From: Bacillota bacterium
GTDB taxonomy: Bacteria; Bacillota; Bacilli; Bacillales_A; Planococcaceae
Reading direction: 5' to 3'
Length of the DNA stretch: 64,000 bases
Assembly (NCBI GenBank): GCA_051750505.1
Contig: JBNJJS010000003.1
Coordinates: 238,715-302,714 of the forward strand
Part shown: positions 61,554 through 64,000 of the stretch, in pieces
Numbering within the stretch: the first letter of the stretch is position 1
Layout of the letters: every line of letters starts with the position of its first letter
Notes under the pieces: model-generated
Seen by the model: only the letters and a program-made list of their open reading frames with translations
Databases searched by the model: none
Told to the model about the DNA's origin: nothing
Position numbers and translations under genes: made by a program

Positions 61554-63247
61554 GTGTTTAGCCCCTCATCCAGCCGGCTCCACAATTTCCGGTGAATCGT
61601 TACATTATTGGCGCGGTCCGTCGCCACTTCAATGATGCGGACCGGCTTTTCTTTCGGCGTTCTAAGCACCGACTGCAATTGTTCCACAGTCTCCGCAGAG
61701 AAATATTCCGCATCGTACATTTCAGCTGCCGCCTTGAATTGGATTCCAGTCGGGGTACCAAAAAGTTCCTCGTAATAGCGCTCTTCTTTCGACTGGGGCA
61801 AATAAGAGAATATCCCGCCGCCGTCATTATTCATGACGACAATCGTCATATCGGCAGCTTGCAGTTTCGAAGCAAGCAAACCGTTCATATCATGCAGCAA
61901 AGCCAAATCGCCGATCAATAGATAACCAGGCCGTTTATTCGCTGCCTGAATCCCGAAAGCGGTCGATACGACTCCGTCAATCCCATTCGCACCGCGGTTA
62001 GCAAAAATACGCACATCCCGCTGCGTCACCTGGAAATAAGTATCCGTGTCCCGGATAGGCATGCTACTGCTGACGGTCAAATCACAGCTATCGAGCTCAT
62101 CAAAAAAGGCTTTCGCCAACACGCCTTCATCCAACTCTTGCTGGCAATGTGCGGACATGGTCTGCCGCGCCAATTCTCCTGCTTTTATCCATTGCCCCAA
62201 GTATGGGTTTGGAGCTTTCACTTCCAAGCTCAACTCCCATAATGCAGAAGCGTGCTGTTGGATATGATGCGTGACAGCTGATTGAGGGTCCCTGAACATC
62301 GGGCTTTCATCGATGACGACATAGCGTGCGGGCCGGGTTTTCGCCAAAAACTGGCTAAGCGGCTTAGATACAGGCTGAGGCCCGACTCTTACAACCACTT
62401 CCGGCGCTACACTGTCAGCGAATTTCTCGCTTTTCAATAGGGCATCATATGAATCAATGATTACATCCATAAGATCATCAGGTACATTCGAGCGCAGATT
62501 CGACAGCGGATCGGCAAGCACTGGCCATCCGAGACGGCGTATAAACTCCCATTGCTCTGTTGAAATCTTTCCGGTGTTTTCCCCCGCAATCAATAGGCCG
62601 CGAGACTGTCCGAACGCTTCCTTTAAAAAACTAGCTGCTTCATCAGTCAGCTGCTGGCCACTTTCAAAACGGTATAGTTCTCCTTCACTTTCATATGGCT
62701 GGTTAAAGTCAATTCCGAGCGGTTCACGGAACGGCACATTTAAATGAACCGGACCCTTTGGCGCGGTTTCAGCCATGGCTGCAGCACGCCCCAAATGGCG
62801 CTTCAGAAAGTCCAATCGGTTACCTTGCTCGGGCAATGGCAGATCAGCCGACCATTTGACATGGGAGCCGAATAAATTGATTTGGTTGATCGCTTGTGGA
62901 GCCCCTACTTCACGAAGTTCATGCGGACGGTCCGCTGTCAAGACAAGAAGTGGGACACGAGCATAGTAGGCTTCCACAATCGCAGGGAAATAATTGGCTG
63001 CCGCGGTCCCTGATGTACAAATCAATACGACTGGGCTGTTCGAGGCTTTGGCCAAACCGAGCGCATAAAAACCTGCCGATCGCTCATCAATTTGCCGGTA
63101 CGTCTCTATCCCTTCCTGTTTCATGAAAGCATAAGCAAGAGGCGTTGAACGCGAACCCGGGCTGATAACCGCTTTTTTTACCCCGGCGTGGAGTAAGGAA
63201 TGCGTAAACGCCGAAACATATTCAGTCAAAAACTCACGATTCGTCAT
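61544..63247 (-). CDS. menD: SEPHCHC synthase
   Basis: SPGSRSTP, DERSAGF, TSGTA, NRGANGIDG, GD..NNDGGGIF. Confidence 0.96.
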   Translation of the reverse strand: MTNREFLTEYVSAFTHSLLHAGVKKAVISPGSRSTPLAYAFMKQEGIETYRQIDERSAGFYALGLAKASNSPVVLICTSGTAAANYFPAIVEAYYARVPLLVLTADRPHELREVGAPQAINQINLFGSHVKWSADLPLPEQGNRLDFLKRHLGRAAAMAETAPKGPVHLNVPFREPLGIDFNQPYESEGELYRFESGQQLTDEAASFLKEAFGQSRGLLIAGENTGKISTEQWEFIRRLGWPVLADPLSNLRSNVPDDLMDVIIDSYDALLKSEKFADSVAPEVVVRVGPQPVSKPLSQFLAKTRPARYVVIDESPMFRDPQSAVTHHIQQHASALWELSLEVKAPNPYLGQWIKAGELARQTMSAHCQQELDEGVLAKAFFDELDSCDLTVSSSMPIRDTDTYFQVTQRDVRIFANRGANGIDGVVSTAFGIQAANKRPGYLLIGDLALLHDMNGLLASKLQAADMTIVVMNNDGGGIFSYLPQSKEERYYEELFGTPTGIQFKAAAEMYDAEYFSAETVEQLQSVLRTPKEKPVRIIEVATDRANNVTIHRKLWSRLDEGLNTWN

Positions 63248-64000
63248 GCAAATTTCCTCCCAGTACACGAAGCATCGGGCGGAACTTCACCCATGTCTCA
63301 TCATATTCAGCTTCCGGCGTGGAATCTGCCACAATACCGCCCCCCGCGAATAAATAAGCTTTATCCCCATCAAGCAAAGCAGAACGAATCGCTACAGCGA
63401 ACTCCCCATCGCCTTTTGCATCGATCCAGCCGATCGGCGCTGCATAATACCCTCTATTCAAGGGTTCATATGAACGGATTAAGCTCAATGCCTGCTGTTT
63501 TGGCTCCCCGCCGAGCGCAGGTGTAGGATGGAGCGCTTCAACTAGATCCAATAGCGAACTGCCATTTTTCAGCTCGCCTTCCACCGGCGTATACAAATGC
63601 TGGATATCACGGATTTTCATCAATTTCGGTTTTATTGGTATGCGCGGATCTGAACAATGCTCTTTGAATACATCCCCGATCATCTGGACGACATACTGAT
63701 GCTCAGAACGGTTTTTCGAATCATTCAATAAGGCTTGCCCCAAGGCCTCATCCTGTTCAACGGATTGACCACGGGGTGTAGAACCTGCCAAACACGTAGA
63801 CAATGCTTTTTGTTGTTCGACTTTAACGAGGCGCTCCGGAGTCGCCCCAAAGAAGAATTGCTCGCCCGCTTCCAGCCCGAACAAAAAGCTTTCAGGCTGT
63901 TCATTCGCTGCTTGGTAAAGGGCAGATGCCGGCGCCAATGCTTCTGTAAAACGAAGCCCCAGCGCTCTTGCGATAACCACTTTATCCACTTCGCCTGCAC
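63234..64000 (-). CDS. menF: Isochorismate synthase, 3' part (starts beyond the window)
   Basis: GATPERL, LAGS, EH.YV, IQHL.T, LHPTPALGG, RGYYA, AGGGIV. Confidence 0.93.
   Translation of the reverse strand, partial: AGEVDKVVIARALGLRFTEALAPASALYQAANEQPESFLFGLEAGEQFFFGATPERLVKVEQQKALSTCLAGSTPRGQSVEQDEALGQALLNDSKNRSEHQYVVQMIGDVFKEHCSDPRIPIKPKLMKIRDIQHLYTPVEGELKNGSSLLDLVEALHPTPALGGEPKQQALSLIRSYEPLNRGYYAAPIGWIDAKGDGEFAVAIRSALLDGDKAYLFAGGGIVADSTPEAEYDETWVKFRPMLRVLGGNLHDES

Overview
A roughly 50% GC Bacillales core-genome segment, most likely Planococcaceae (inferred from gene order and protein sequences). It is syntenic with the B. subtilis ezrA-rpsD-tyrS-acsA/acuABC-ccpA-aroA-ytxJHG-murC-sftA-ytpRQP-ytoP-trmB-pepV-murJ-leuS-ytqAB-metK-pckA-dps-men region. 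About 55 housekeeping CDS are recognisable, plus Tyr and Leu T-boxes, a SAM-I riboswitch, and candidate cre, CcpN, Zur and SigB sites. I found no transposase, integrase, prophage, CRISPR array, rRNA or tRNA gene. The most interesting unexplained signal is non-coding. Three diverged copies of a ~120-nt structured element (38761-38882, 44926-45050, 50448-50575) all lie on the + strand between convergent genes. They share an 82-84 nt core GACTCCTG-N-GG...AGAC...GGCT...CC-N'-CGGAAAGC in which the N/N' pair covaries (A-T, C-G, T-A), and their outer stems carry GNA/GNA 3x3 internal loops. A second structured element (AAGAACG-loop hairpin) sits in a degenerate tandem duplication in the ytfP-leuS gap. 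Protein-level oddities: a YtpA-like hydrolase with Gly at the nucleophile position, a BtuF-like binding protein with no signal peptide, a C-terminally short pyruvate oxidase, and several low-complexity tails. All structural and family assignments were made by eye; no searches or folding were run.
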